Positions 36,201 through 45,293 of a stretch of 54,248 nucleotides of DNA are shown here, piece after piece; the stretch's first letter is position 1; each line of letters begins with the position of its first letter. A program made the position numbers and the translations under genes. Under the pieces are notes generated by a model. The model saw nothing but the letters and a program-made list of their open reading frames with translations, had not been told where the DNA came from and did not search any database. The DNA is from a virus. Taxonomy: Duplodnaviria; Caudoviricetes. The stretch lies in IMG/VR virus record IMGVR_UViG_3300046824_000127, positions 1 to 54,248 of that record; one strand, written 5' to 3'.

Positions 36201-37039
36201 TGCTGCTGTCGGATCTCAGCCCTGTGGAGCGCCTCACGTTGCTTGATCGCGGCGTCCAGGTTCTTCTTCATCAGCGCGAAATGGCCACGCTCATCTTGCT
36301 CGAGCTCACGCTCGTCCTTCGCGACCTTCCTGATCTCCTTGCCCAGGTTCTCCCAGGTCATTGCGAGACGCGCCATGTTGATGCGCGCCTTGTCCTCTCC
36401 CATTTCGATCATCGGGAGCTTGACCGCGATGCCTGCTTCCTTTGCGGCCTCGGTGATCTTCTGGATCTTGCGCGCCAGCGCGATCTCCCCGGCGGACTCG
36501 TAGTCCATCGGGTTCTTGGACATGTAGACGTCAGCGCTTCGAGCCTTTGTGGCTCGCTGACCACTCGGATCCAGGACCGCACCGCGCATCCCGCTTGCGC
36601 CTAGCTTAGCGGAGAGTGCCTGCGTCATCGACTCGACTTGGCGTCGAGACTGAACGAACAAACCCTCCTCGATCCGCTCCTTCTGGAAGGCGAGGCCGAG
36701 GGAGGCCAGAGACTGCTCGACGTTCGAGTTGCCGACGATGAGGCGCATCACCTCGGCATTGATCTGCTCGGACGTCGAGCCCATCGACTGCATGATCTGC
36801 TGGGCTGACGCACCGGATGCGACGAGACTCTGGAGACTTGCTTGAGCTTCCGCACCGACCCCGCCGATGGCCGCGATCGCGGCTCCGGCTTCCATGCTAC
36901 CGCCGGCCAACTTCAGCAGCACGGAGTTCATGTTCTCCATGAACGCCATGAACGCTGTCGTGTGCAGCTGAGCGTCAGACAGACCCTTCGCCCAGTTGGC
37001 GGAGTCCAGTCCTAGCCTTGCGGTAACATCGTCAGCCAC
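33287..37039 (-). CDS. Tape measure protein
   Basis: 1250 aa, helical Ala/Lys/Glu-rich; TP901-like core; follows the tail chaperone. Confidence 0.92.
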   Translation of the reverse strand: MADDVTARLGLDSANWAKGLSDAQLHTTAFMAFMENMNSVLLKLAGGSMEAGAAIAAIGGVGAEAQASLQSLVASGASAQQIMQSMGSTSEQINAEVMRLIVGNSNVEQSLASLGLAFQKERIEEGLFVQSRRQVESMTQALSAKLGASGMRGAVLDPSGQRATKARSADVYMSKNPMDYESAGEIALARKIQKITEAAKEAGIAVKLPMIEMGEDKARINMARLAMTWENLGKEIRKVAKDERELEQDERGHFALMKKNLDAAIKQREALHRAEIRQQQEMAKIRANEVRREMDQMYVSMSSATAKQYITKPAGSDIFGGLFGKGGKLESKFVTGLFQNIERGSQLASKGVMSLVRSLTSAGSSMAFMTASIGGLFAIITGASIGATFKMASDFEHAMARIMILVKKGESDLPTLTNQVKEFSKAFGMSPMASAEGFRIAISSDVPPGEVAKFMEEAGKLAVTQSATIEKTADMMSMMRNAFNLTTKDMSRLRDMIFVMTDRGRVEVEQFSGEIGKISSVAATAGVNMQEMLAGFAALSRTKGPEQAGTMLINLFKLISKQGPEAKKILRDLNITLSPEQTKAEGLIKQIEKIHDALEKNPAIVEQITDDFRELRAWGEITGSQFDALKSIMEDMYNSVGVGDQHFNEMMDTTEVRWNRLMAQMRQSAMEMGIAVMKSFNEWVDSSGGVEAAQMKISQGFKQIELAVRYFLGAMEFVGTGVMAVLGAIAGAVYTVYKGFEVGGKMIAGMFQGLREKSLLGDIERVNDAIFRLKTQLGSRDEPILKEKIDQLTKQRDEIQQQLTEVHDQQRQRVSDIDKTFEEWGHGMENVFKPAAALGKALAENADKIHDLQQEIADLDVVMKNSAEDHAAMVKYQASLTAVTKKATEAIREQAKATQELVVNLLKDQVDSGKTLLKEWVHDNSEAVKQVIAGYRKLATEQETLTKKLKGEMKDLIKDREKYDDSVQNSIDKIKEQDQKPDEIVKNRIAKGQILEERANVAAKIGDRDEVQRLVQEASGIYESILGVDSANTKKNRETVIEAMQRLKDQMDKVYEAEQEATKKRIDSSEKAAKAFTDKANLIEQKFKEFEQGVTDLTRDITKLSKAPTEEALKTLKDRIMKLMGDAQFFVTIDNDPALSALDRTIEKVKELKTELATVPDFLNSALGNDESTRKMLYEGTGKTPPWTSWWDGLQGTSNVNNTTNVDMRGTTINAGSEGGGPKKADARKLARDLKRHIERGEAPALTRRK

Positions 37040-37048
37040 AGTAGCTCC

Positions 37049-37767
37049 TTACTCCTCGTCCTGTGGTCCGGCTTTCTCCTGCATTCTCAGCTGGGAGTAG
37101 GCCATCAACAGCACCTGTTCCAAGTACGTCAGATCACGCCAAGGCCTCCCGAAGTAGCTGCGCGGGTCGACCGTCTCGACCGCGCGCAGCTGCCAGTAGT
37201 CCAAAGAGCGTCCGGAATGCTTCGGGAGTTTCGGTGGTTGTCCGCCACCGACACCCCGGACGATCAGTTTCCCTTCGTCGTCTCCACGTCCTCGCTGAGG
37301 TTCATCAGGCCGGTGATCTCGCCCATGAGCTTCGTGAGATCGCCCATGGTGAACCCGAAGTCCACGAGCTTGTCGAACAACTGCTCGTAGAACGCCGCGG
37401 TGTTGTTGTCGCCGTCCTGCTCGAACTCGACCGAGGGATCGTCGATCCCGTGGAACAGGATGTACGCCATCCGTCCGTGCGTCGTCTTGCGGTTCAGGTC
37501 ACGCCACTCGGGCGTTTCCAGATCCGCGATCATCGGCTTCTTCGTCTCCGGATCGCGGAGGATGATCCCACCCGGACCCTTCGCCCAGTCCTGCGGCTTC
37601 ACCGGTTCCGGGAACAGCTCGAACATCTTCTGGTCGACGCCCATCGGGAGGGCGCGAACCCTGATCTGGATCGTCTCGATCCCTTCCTTCCCGTCCTCGG
37701 AGGTCGCCCGCGTGAGCGTGACGACCTTCCGAGGGGTGCTGAACTTCTGCTTGCCACGGATCTTCAT
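37049..37767 (-). CDS. Tail assembly chaperone, -1 frameshifted long form
   Basis: G GGA AAC at 37273-37267 just before TGA; the -1 frame stays open to TAA at 37049. Confidence 0.8.
37264..37767 (-). CDS. Tail assembly chaperone, short form
   Basis: Lies between tail tube and tape measure genes. Confidence 0.8.
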   Translation of the reverse strand: MKIRGKQKFSTPRKVVTLTRATSEDGKEGIETIQIRVRALPMGVDQKMFELFPEPVKPQDWAKGPGGIILRDPETKKPMIADLETPEWRDLNRKTTHGRMAYILFHGIDDPSVEFEQDGDNNTAAFYEQLFDKLVDFGFTMGDLTKLMGEITGLMNLSEDVETTKGN

Positions 37768-37795
37768 CTGCCTCTCTCCTCTTCTTCTCGGCGGC

Positions 37796-38308
37796 CTAGA
37801 CGCCGCGCGTGCTGGTGGGCTCCAGGGACGCACAGATCCCGGAGTACGTCGTCATGTCGGCGTTGTCGCCTTCCTCGAAGGCCACGTCGTCGCAGTGGAA
37901 GTCGGGGAGCACGATGCGCTCCGTCTGGTCGATGCCGTTCGCCTCGCACGGGTTGGCGAGATCGAACCGGATGTCGACGCAGTACGGACCGCAGTCGAGC
38001 GTGGAGACCCAGGCCGACGCGTTGCCCTTTCGGCGCATCGCGTCCGGAACGGAGGGAACCGTGGCGAACGCGGTGAGCGTCCGACCCGTCCACTCCTCGA
38101 ACTTCGCCGAGAACGAAGCGTTCATCGGCTCCTCGTTGCCCTCGGCGAGTCCTGCGACTCGGCCGCGGTTCATGATGACCTTCGCCGGGCGACGGACGTT
38201 GAACCGGAGGTTCCCGTCCTCGATCGGAACCACGAGGGTCTTCGGGGTGGTGGACCCGTCGACCAGCGTGATCTGCCCGTGCGTCAGGTTTCGCGTCCTC
38301 TGACTCAC
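37796..38308 (-). CDS. Major tail tube protein
   Basis: Position, size, beta-rich sequence, strong codon bias, GAGGA upstream. Confidence 0.7.
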   Translation of the reverse strand: MSQRTRNLTHGQITLVDGSTTPKTLVVPIEDGNLRFNVRRPAKVIMNRGRVAGLAEGNEEPMNASFSAKFEEWTGRTLTAFATVPSVPDAMRRKGNASAWVSTLDCGPYCVDIRFDLANPCEANGIDQTERIVLPDFHCDDVAFEEGDNADMTTYSGICASLEPTSTRGV

Positions 38309-38318
38309 TCTTTCCTCC

Positions 38319-38810
38319 TCAGCTGGCGATGAGCACAGCCTGGAACGTGACCACTACGCTGTGGGAGTTACCCTGCTCCACCGCGAAGTTGCCTTGTCCT
38401 TGGAACGTGATGTTGCGTCTCGGCAGGTAACTTTGCCGGGCTTCCTTGACATTGAGCGTACCGATGACCGGTTCGGGAGCCACACCGATCGTACGGATTG
38501 GGATGTCCTTCTTTTCTATCAGCGTCCGGAGACCGGATGCCATTCGGAACGGGCGGAGCGTGTCGTGATCCGAGAGACCCTCTTCGAGCTTCGCACAGCA
38601 GGCGACTTGCCAGAGCAGTATGCCACCCCAAACACCACGGCGAGTGCGCATACGAGCGTCACCCATCGGCGAGAAGTCATACCAATCCTCGGTGTCATTC
38701 TTCGGTCGCATGCCTACGCTGTTGACGATCGTGTCGGCCGGGAGTCCTTCCCTGATCGCCGCAAGGATTGACATGTAGGCGTAGGGTTCGATCAGATCCA
38801 GATCACTCAC
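38319..38810 (-). CDS. Tail terminator/completion protein
   Basis: Gene order only. Confidence 0.55.
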   Translation of the reverse strand: MSDLDLIEPYAYMSILAAIREGLPADTIVNSVGMRPKNDTEDWYDFSPMGDARMRTRRGVWGGILLWQVACCAKLEEGLSDHDTLRPFRMASGLRTLIEKKDIPIRTIGVAPEPVIGTLNVKEARQSYLPRRNITFQGQGNFAVEQGNSHSVVVTFQAVLIAS

Positions 38811-40063
38811 TTGTTCCTACCTCCCCAGATCCTTTCCAGCTCCGCGGCTTGCGCCGCGATTGGGTCGGACCCTGTCTTGGGAGTTGCAGTTCCACGCACG
38901 TGTTCGACCTGGGTCTCCGTGTAGGTGACCACTCGACCGACGCGTGTCGGGTGTCCAGCCTCGAGGTTGAAGCCCTCTTCCTCGAACTTCGCCCGCTCGA
39001 AGCGGACCACCGAGGACTCGAAGATCGCGTTGCGTTCCGGGAGTTCGCCAACCGTGTGCCAGTCCTTCGGGTCGTCGATGCGCATCGCCAGGTAGGCCTC
39101 GGCATTCAGTTGCGCAACAGGCTTGTCCAAAGGCAGGCGCACCTTCAAGCGACCCATCAGTTCACGCCACGTCAACGAGGGAAGTCGACGCTCGATTTCC
39201 GCGGGATCCATCGGGACACCAGCACCCTGCTGTTCATCCCACTTGAAGCCGCGGAGTCTGAACTGCTGCTGTTGCCAGAACGCGATGAGCTCGTCCATCA
39301 GGTTCAGCAGTTCCGTTCGAGCCTGGAGCATCGTGACGCGCGACATTCCCTGCGGAGCCTTCTCCGAATGTCCGTGCTCCAGGTAGATGACATAGCCGAC
39401 CGGGTTCGTGATCCGGAAGCCTACACGGCCGTAACCCTTTCCGACGCTCCGGAGCTGCGGCGAGATTGTCCAAGCTCCTGCGGCTCGACCCGTCTCAACC
39501 GGGGTCTTCCACACCATCTCCATCATTGCCCAGCGACCCACGTGCCACACCACGAAGCGGGCACCGATGTACGGGATGCCGGTGATGGCCAGCAAGCGGT
39601 TCAGCGGCGCTCGAAGCGCCTTGATGTCCACGAGCTGCGACTTCTTGCCGAACCGATCCACGGAGGTCGCCAGACGCATCTGGGCTCCAGCGGAGATGTA
39701 GGGCAGGAGACCGAAGCTGGGGAACGCTGCCGCGCCATGGAAGTCCTTCGGACCTCCGGGCTTCTTGATGATCCTCGGCGGTGCATACGGGATGCCGGCG
39801 AACATGGGCAACTTCTTGCCGGACGCGGTCCGGAAGGTCGTACCCTTGATCTGCGTGGACGGCGGCATCATCCGGGTTCCACTGCGAACGACAGTGCTGG
39901 GAGCCTGAGCTTTCATCTTGAACTGACGGGAGAGCTCGAGAAAACGCATCGCAGTCGTGGCGAGGTTCCTCGCCCGACCCGTGCCTGCGGCAGGGTACGT
40001 ACCACGCGTACGCCCCTTGTTGCCACCAGTTTCTCGTACGAAACTTGCCATTACTCCCTGCAC
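38807..40063 (-). CDS. HK97 gp10-like neck protein with extensions
   Basis: TPVETGRAAGAW...NPVGYVIYLEHGHS..APQGM. Confidence 0.75.
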   Translation of the reverse strand: MQGVMASFVRETGGNKGRTRGTYPAAGTGRARNLATTAMRFLELSRQFKMKAQAPSTVVRSGTRMMPPSTQIKGTTFRTASGKKLPMFAGIPYAPPRIIKKPGGPKDFHGAAAFPSFGLLPYISAGAQMRLATSVDRFGKKSQLVDIKALRAPLNRLLAITGIPYIGARFVVWHVGRWAMMEMVWKTPVETGRAAGAWTISPQLRSVGKGYGRVGFRITNPVGYVIYLEHGHSEKAPQGMSRVTMLQARTELLNLMDELIAFWQQQQFRLRGFKWDEQQGAGVPMDPAEIERRLPSLTWRELMGRLKVRLPLDKPVAQLNAEAYLAMRIDDPKDWHTVGELPERNAIFESSVVRFERAKFEEEGFNLEAGHPTRVGRVVTYTETQVEHVRGTATPKTGSDPIAAQAAELERIWGGRNK

Positions 40064-40467
40064 CAGAGGATGTACATCCTCGTGAGTGGATCCTTGTCGA
40101 TGCCCAGGACGTGGTACGTCTTGTCGGAGAACTTCAACTCGTCACCGATCAACGGTTCGACGGTGAGTTCCTTCACCGAGACCTCAGCGCGGATGTCACC
40201 TACCTTCAGGTGACCGTTCGCGTTGTCCAACAGGTCCCGATAGTTGATCACGTAGCGACCGACATGACAGAGATGGATCACCGTGGAACCGGTGTTCATC
40301 TTCCCGTCACGACCAAGATCCTTCGTGTACCGGGTGAACGTAGCCTCTTCTGGATTGTCGAACATCAAGTAGTCGTCCGATACATCCAGCGTCGACACCG
40401 GTTCGCGGCACACCGCGAGATCCGAGGTGAAGCTGATCGTATGGCCGATGTTCTTGGTGTAATCCAT
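40051..40467 (-). CDS. Head closure protein
   Basis: Gene order; PLIGDEL...YHVL pattern. Confidence 0.6.
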   Translation of the reverse strand: MDYTKNIGHTISFTSDLAVCREPVSTLDVSDDYLMFDNPEEATFTRYTKDLGRDGKMNTGSTVIHLCHVGRYVINYRDLLDNANGHLKVGDIRAEVSVKELTVEPLIGDELKFSDKTYHVLGIDKDPLTRMYILWCRE

Positions 40468-40468
40468 G

Positions 40469-40702
40469 TCAGTAGATCGGGTCGTCCGGGGTGACGAGTT
40501 GCGTCTCCGCGTACATCGGATCTTCCGCGACGAGGAGGTCGTTGATGTCCTTGAGCTGCTGACGGAGCTCGCGCAGGTAACCGTTCCAATCCACCTGCTG
40601 ACCCGTGGCCGACTTGTAGCTGGCCTTCGGGGACGCGGTCACCTCCTTCAGTCTCGCGATGAGCTGGGACTTGATCGCGACGAGCTCCGTAGCATCGCTC
40701 AC
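40469..40702 (-). CDS. Head-tail joining protein (gpW-like)
   Basis: Helix, SYK..GQQVDW, helix; GTG start. Confidence 0.65.
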   Translation of the reverse strand: MSDATELVAIKSQLIARLKEVTASPKASYKSATGQQVDWNGYLRELRQQLKDINDLLVAEDPMYAETQLVTPDDPIY

Positions 40703-40704
40703 GG

Positions 40705-41040
40705 CTAGACCTTCGCCGGCTCGCCGGTGAGGATCAGGACGCTGGCGGTCTTCTGGCCGGAGTGCGTGCCCGACTTCTCGGACGTCGCCACGACCTCGAC
40801 CTCGTGGTCGCTGCCCTTGATGCCGAAGAACTCGTGCCACTTCTGGCGAGCCTCGCCTTCGGACGTCGCGGTGCAGACGCACCAGTCGTGCTTCGACGAC
40901 ACCTTGAAGGTGTTCGGCTTCGGCTTGGGAGCCGCAGCCTTCGCCCTCCCGCCCATCGCGGCGGCGAGCTTCTCGGCCGGGGTTTCTCCGGTCGCGGAAG
41001 ACGCACTGTCTTCGGCTCCGGCGGGATTCGGATCGGACAT
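40705..41040 (-). CDS. Hypothetical protein
   Basis: GAGGTG upstream; follows capsid gene. Confidence 0.7.
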   Translation of the reverse strand: MSDPNPAGAEDSASSATGETPAEKLAAAMGGRAKAAAPKPKPNTFKVSSKHDWCVCTATSEGEARQKWHEFFGIKGSDHEVEVVATSEKSGTHSGQKTASVLILTGEPAKV

Positions 41041-41075
41041 GGTTCACCTCTCTTGAACTTGGGACTTCGGTCCCG

Positions 41076-41119
41076 TCAACTCCGCGAGCCGCCCGGACCT
41101 TCGTCCGGGCGGCCGTTGA
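41076..41119 (-). ncRNA. Repeated hairpin motif, copy 3
   Basis: Minus strand TCAAC-GGCCGCCCGGAC-GAAG-GTCCGGGCGGCT-CGCGGA-GTTGA. Confidence 0.6.
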
Positions 41120-41137
41120 GTCAGAGTCGCCGAAGGA

Positions 41138-42319
41138 CTAGGCCTGCGGCTGGCTGAAGATCACGTAGCGCGGGTTGCCGACCGCGGCGACGCCCATCTC
41201 GGAGCAGCGCCACATCGCGACGACGTCCCTGGTGAACTCCTCCGGGTTGTTCGGCGGAGCCTGGATGACCTGGATCGGCCAGTTCTGCATGTACCAGAAC
41301 GCCTGCTTGAAGTCGCCGCAGATCGCGGTCCCCTTCGCGTTCGCCGCCGAGAACGACAGCAGCGTCTGCAGCAGCTGGTACAGGAAGCGGGAGACGATCG
41401 GCTCGTTCCATCCCTGCAGCGGGTTCGGTCCCTTCGTGACCGGGGTCGTCCCCTGCGTCGTGTCGCCGTAGTCCACCTCGGTCGAGTGGAGGATGCGGCG
41501 GATCGTGTGCTTCAGCGCCGGCGTGCAGAGCACGTCCAACGTCGCCGCGAGCTCGATCGGGTTTCCGGTGTCCGGATCCGTCATGTCCGCCCAGAGGAGC
41601 TCGAAGTCCTCGAAGTCGGTCCAGTCGGCGATCGTGTGGGACGCGATCTTGTTGATCCAGTTGCCGGAGGTGAGGTACGTGTTGTACGACGTACCGCGCC
41701 ACTTGTAGTTGTTGATCGAGCCGATGATCACGGCGAGCAGACGCTTGAAGCGGCCGGTCGCCTGACGGGCTCCGATCGTGGAGCAGTTGCGGAGGACCAG
41801 ACCCGTGCGGTCGAAGAAGACCGTCTCCTTCAGGATCTTGATCATCTCGCCACGCTTGGTCGTGGCGGGCGTCTCCTGGTAGTCCTCGCCGAACCCGGTC
41901 TCCGGGTACTCCTTGCCCGGGTGGACCTCGTACTCCTCGTCCTTGACCTTCTGGACGCCGGGGATCTTCTCACCCGAGAACTCCGTCGGGATGACGGTGC
42001 AGAGACGGTCGAAGAGACCGCCGTCCGCTTCCGCGTAGCCCTGCAGGACCTTCGAGTAGACGATCTGACCGGTGATGTTCGAGAACGCCGTCACGTCGAC
42101 GGCGTCTTCGCCGGCCGTGATCAGCTGGTTGCCGGCGTAGCGCGGGTGAAGCTTCTTCACCCACTCGTGCCCGCAGAAAGCCTCGGCGATCTCGCGGAAC
42201 GAGAAGTCGTCGGGCTTGAGCTCCTTGTCGGCCAGAGCCTGGCCCAGCTTGTCGCAGGTCGCGACCGCGCCCTCGGACGCGTACAGCTGCTTGAGGTTGA
42301 CTCCGTGGTTGCGCAGCAT
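41138..42319 (-). CDS. Major capsid protein
   Basis: 393 aa; strongest codon bias; follows protease and decoration genes; EVHPGKEYPE, DRTG motifs. Confidence 0.85.
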   Translation of the reverse strand: MLRNHGVNLKQLYASEGAVATCDKLGQALADKELKPDDFSFREIAEAFCGHEWVKKLHPRYAGNQLITAGEDAVDVTAFSNITGQIVYSKVLQGYAEADGGLFDRLCTVIPTEFSGEKIPGVQKVKDEEYEVHPGKEYPETGFGEDYQETPATTKRGEMIKILKETVFFDRTGLVLRNCSTIGARQATGRFKRLLAVIIGSINNYKWRGTSYNTYLTSGNWINKIASHTIADWTDFEDFELLWADMTDPDTGNPIELAATLDVLCTPALKHTIRRILHSTEVDYGDTTQGTTPVTKGPNPLQGWNEPIVSRFLYQLLQTLLSFSAANAKGTAICGDFKQAFWYMQNWPIQVIQAPPNNPEEFTRDVVAMWRCSEMGVAAVGNPRYVIFSQPQA

Positions 42320-42346
42320 TGGAGTGTGTTCTGTCCCTTCCGACGC

Positions 42347-42811
42347 TTACGCGTCCGCCATGACGGTCGAGCGGATCTTGACCATGACCTTCGTCAGGCC
42401 GGTTCCGCGCGACGCGCACTTGCCGATGGAGCGCGTGGTCAGGCCCGCTCCGAAGACCCCGAGTCGGACGACCTTCTGGTCGTCGAGCGCGAAGGCGCTC
42501 GTCTCGGCGACGCCGACCTCGTCGCCGATCTCCCAGTTCGTGCTGTCGCACGGGAACTCGTGGGTGCCGCCCGAGTCGAAGCGGATGTCGGTGACGTCCC
42601 CGGACCGCGACCGCTGAGCGGCCACTCCCGCGAACTTCCCCTTGAACGTCGCCTGGGTGTTGGCCAGGGCGGAACCGGCGGCCTGGCTCGAGGCCGGACG
42701 AAGGTCGTCCGTCTCGAGGTACAGGAGATCGCCGATCTCGATGACGGTGCCGGAGTCCACCGCGCCCACGAAGGGCGCCGGATCCCCGAACTTGTGTCGC
42801 TGCGTGTCCAT
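42347..42811 (-). CDS. Capsid decoration/cement protein
   Basis: IEIGDLL, FAGVA, IGK pattern; gene order. Confidence 0.7.
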   Translation of the reverse strand: MDTQRHKFGDPAPFVGAVDSGTVIEIGDLLYLETDDLRPASSQAAGSALANTQATFKGKFAGVAAQRSRSGDVTDIRFDSGGTHEFPCDSTNWEIGDEVGVAETSAFALDDQKVVRLGVFGAGLTTRSIGKCASRGTGLTKVMVKIRSTVMADA

Positions 42812-42817
42812 GGAGGG

Positions 42818-43831
42818 CTAGCTCCCCTTCACTGCGCTGGCGAAGCCCTTGGAGGTCGACGTGTCCTTGCCCGCGGGGACGCCGGCGCTCTCGCCGACTC
42901 CCTTCGAGCTGGACGTCGGCTTCGTGGAGACCTTGCCGGTGGTCTTGTCCGCCAGTTCCTTGCGCTCGGCGAGCAGGGCGGTGAACCGCTCGTCCGTGGT
43001 CGACGACTCCATGCACATGGCCTGGAACGTCGACGTGTTGAGATGCTCGGGCAGCTTGGCCTCCGCGATCTTCACCTTGCGGGCCTCGTCGCGCGTGCCC
43101 TTGGCGGTGACCGCCTTGTGCCCGTCGATCTGGACCTTGAGCTCCTTGTTCTCGGCCTCCGCGGCCGTGACCTTCGTCTCGAGCTCCTTGAGACGGGTCT
43201 CCTGGACCAGTGCTTCCGCGACGGTGAGGATCTTGAGATCCTGACGCGCCGCCTGGAGCTGGTCGCGAGTCATGGAGATGAGCTCCACTGTGCGTTCTCC
43301 TTCCTGCATGGCGGCGCTTTCGTAAAGGCCCGCCGTGGTCCCGCCATTGCTGACCACGTCGACCGAATGGACTTTCTCGATGTCGCTCGTCACGAACCAA
43401 CCGGACTCGTAGCTGCCCACGAGATCCGCGAGATGTGACAGCGCGTACTGGCCCGGATCGTTCTCCGCCGCCCACTTGACGGCCTCGGCGAACGGGTGAC
43501 CGGGGTTGAAGTGGAGGTCTCCGATGAGACCTCGCGACTCGTCGACCCGCGGGTTGCGGATGCGACCGAACGGTGTGGACGCCGGCCGCGGCTGGTTCCG
43601 CTTGCTCGGGTCGTAGAGACCGGCCGGGTGATCGAAGTTCACCTGGGCGTTCTCGTACTTGTTCGCGTTCCGGCGCATCGCCTCGACTGGGTACTTGCGC
43701 TTGTGGCTCGGGCTTTCGAACCCGAGGACCTTCACGCCGGGGATCACGTTGCCCGTGATCTTCGTTCCGGCTGCCGACCACTCCGCGACGGTCTCGCGAA
43801 CGGGTGGAGCCTTTTCAGCGACTGAAGACAT
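42818..43831 (-). CDS. Prohead protease/scaffold fusion
   Basis: NFDH, ALSH, SVDVV protease motifs; coiled-coil C-terminus. Confidence 0.8.
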   Translation of the reverse strand: MSSVAEKAPPVRETVAEWSAAGTKITGNVIPGVKVLGFESPSHKRKYPVEAMRRNANKYENAQVNFDHPAGLYDPSKRNQPRPASTPFGRIRNPRVDESRGLIGDLHFNPGHPFAEAVKWAAENDPGQYALSHLADLVGSYESGWFVTSDIEKVHSVDVVSNGGTTAGLYESAAMQEGERTVELISMTRDQLQAARQDLKILTVAEALVQETRLKELETKVTAAEAENKELKVQIDGHKAVTAKGTRDEARKVKIAEAKLPEHLNTSTFQAMCMESSTTDERFTALLAERKELADKTTGKVSTKPTSSSKGVGESAGVPAGKDTSTSKGFASAVKGS

Positions 43832-45293
43832 AGGTCCTCACTCCCTCCCGCCCGAGGGCGGTTTCTGTGTCGTTCTTCTCGAGGAGGCGGAAACCCTTCT
43901 CGGTCATGAAACGAACGAAGCCTGAGTCGGTCCAGTAGTGCATGTGCTCGCGGGGCTTGAAGTGCCTCGAGCGAAGCACATGCTCACGGTCGTTGTAGAT
44001 CGGCATCGAGACCACGCAACCGACCGTCGTCCGACGGAGGAGGTCGTCGATCTCGCTCATCTCCAAGTGCTCGAGCGAATCCCAGAAGGTCAAGACCTCG
44101 AAGTCGTCCATGACCTTCGGGTCGACGTAGCGACCGAGTTGCTTCAGCCGGGCGTTCGTCGTGGGATTGATGTCGAAGCCGTAGGCGCCGGAGGCTTCCA
44201 CGAAGTGGCAGGCTCCGGGACCGACGTCGACGTACTCCTTGAACTTGAAGTACTTGTCCGTGATCGCGACGCGGAAGTGCGTGATCTCCTGACCCATGCC
44301 CGTGCACTTCAGGCGTGCGTAGTTGTTGAAGTACGACTCGTCGTACTGCCCATCGAGGAACACCGGGTAGTGACCGTACTCACCATCCCACGTGAGGAGG
44401 CGAGGACATGCGATCTTCGAGAACGCGGCGTCGACCTGTTCCAGGACCTTGTTGCACTGGCCGTTGGTGTGGCGGTTCGAGAAACCGCAAGTACAGAACG
44501 GGGTCGGTTCGATCGCGGCATACGGTCCGCCGATCATCCAGGGTTCGACGAGCGAGCGGTCAGGCAGATCGCCACCGTAGAGGCAGAGGGTCGGGGTCCT
44601 CAGAGCAATCCCCAAGGGGAGCATGAAGCCCACGCAGGTGACGATCACGTCAGCGACCGCCATGAGGGCGATGAGCTGTTCCGTGGTGAACTGACCGCGC
44701 ATCAGGGAGCGGGTGACTCCCTTGAGAGCATCGCCGTACAGAACCTCGTGAGGTTCGTCCAGCCACCCTAGTTCCCACCACTCGAACTCCTGATGCTGGT
44801 CGATCAGCTGCTGCATGTACCGAGGATCATTCGGTCGCGCGCTGTTCGGCCACTCAGTCCTGACCGTGCCGGGATGCACGATCGCCAGGGGCTTGCGACA
44901 CTGCGACTTCTTGTACTCCTTCGCCCAGTCCAGCCACTCGGGCTTCGGACGGAACGAGAAGTCCACCGGTCCGTTAGTGAAGCCAGCGTTCTCCAGGAGA
45001 GCGCTGGGGATCGACATTCCCTTGGCGAAGTCCGTCGTCGAGTAGCGGAGATGCCGCCGTTCGTACGGGGACTCGGGACGCTCGTCCCACCCGTCGGCGT
45101 AGGACTTCAGGTTCGCAGCCTGAGTCCTGAGCTGGGTCTCCGTCGGGAGGATCTTGACCGGCAGATCCCACCACACCTGAGGCCAGGAGGTTCGGGCCCA
45201 AACCTCCCAGCCTTGTGCGAGACAGGCTCGCGCAACAACGCGCTGGTACACGTTGTCACCGAGTCCCTGCATGCACTCCAGGATCAATCGCAT
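43815..45293 (-). CDS. GT-B (GT9-like) glycosyltransferase fused to class I SAM methyltransferase
   Basis: QGLGDNVY, ADVIVT, ALRTPTLCLYG; then DVGPGAC, GFDIN, FWDSLEH, EHMHYW. Confidence 0.8.
   Translation of the reverse strand: MRLILECMQGLGDNVYQRVVARACLAQGWEVWARTSWPQVWWDLPVKILPTETQLRTQAANLKSYADGWDERPESPYERRHLRYSTTDFAKGMSIPSALLENAGFTNGPVDFSFRPKPEWLDWAKEYKKSQCRKPLAIVHPGTVRTEWPNSARPNDPRYMQQLIDQHQEFEWWELGWLDEPHEVLYGDALKGVTRSLMRGQFTTEQLIALMAVADVIVTCVGFMLPLGIALRTPTLCLYGGDLPDRSLVEPWMIGGPYAAIEPTPFCTCGFSNRHTNGQCNKVLEQVDAAFSKIACPRLLTWDGEYGHYPVFLDGQYDESYFNNYARLKCTGMGQEITHFRVAITDKYFKFKEYVDVGPGACHFVEASGAYGFDINPTTNARLKQLGRYVDPKVMDDFEVLTFWDSLEHLEMSEIDDLLRRTTVGCVVSMPIYNDREHVLRSRHFKPREHMHYWTDSGFVRFMTEKGFRLLEKNDTETALGREGVRTYVFSR

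Noticed and set aside
29303-43781. Long alternative ORFs (701, 599, 468, 650, 603 aa)
   Set aside because: Antisense or alternate-frame shadows of structural genes; no motifs and biased composition
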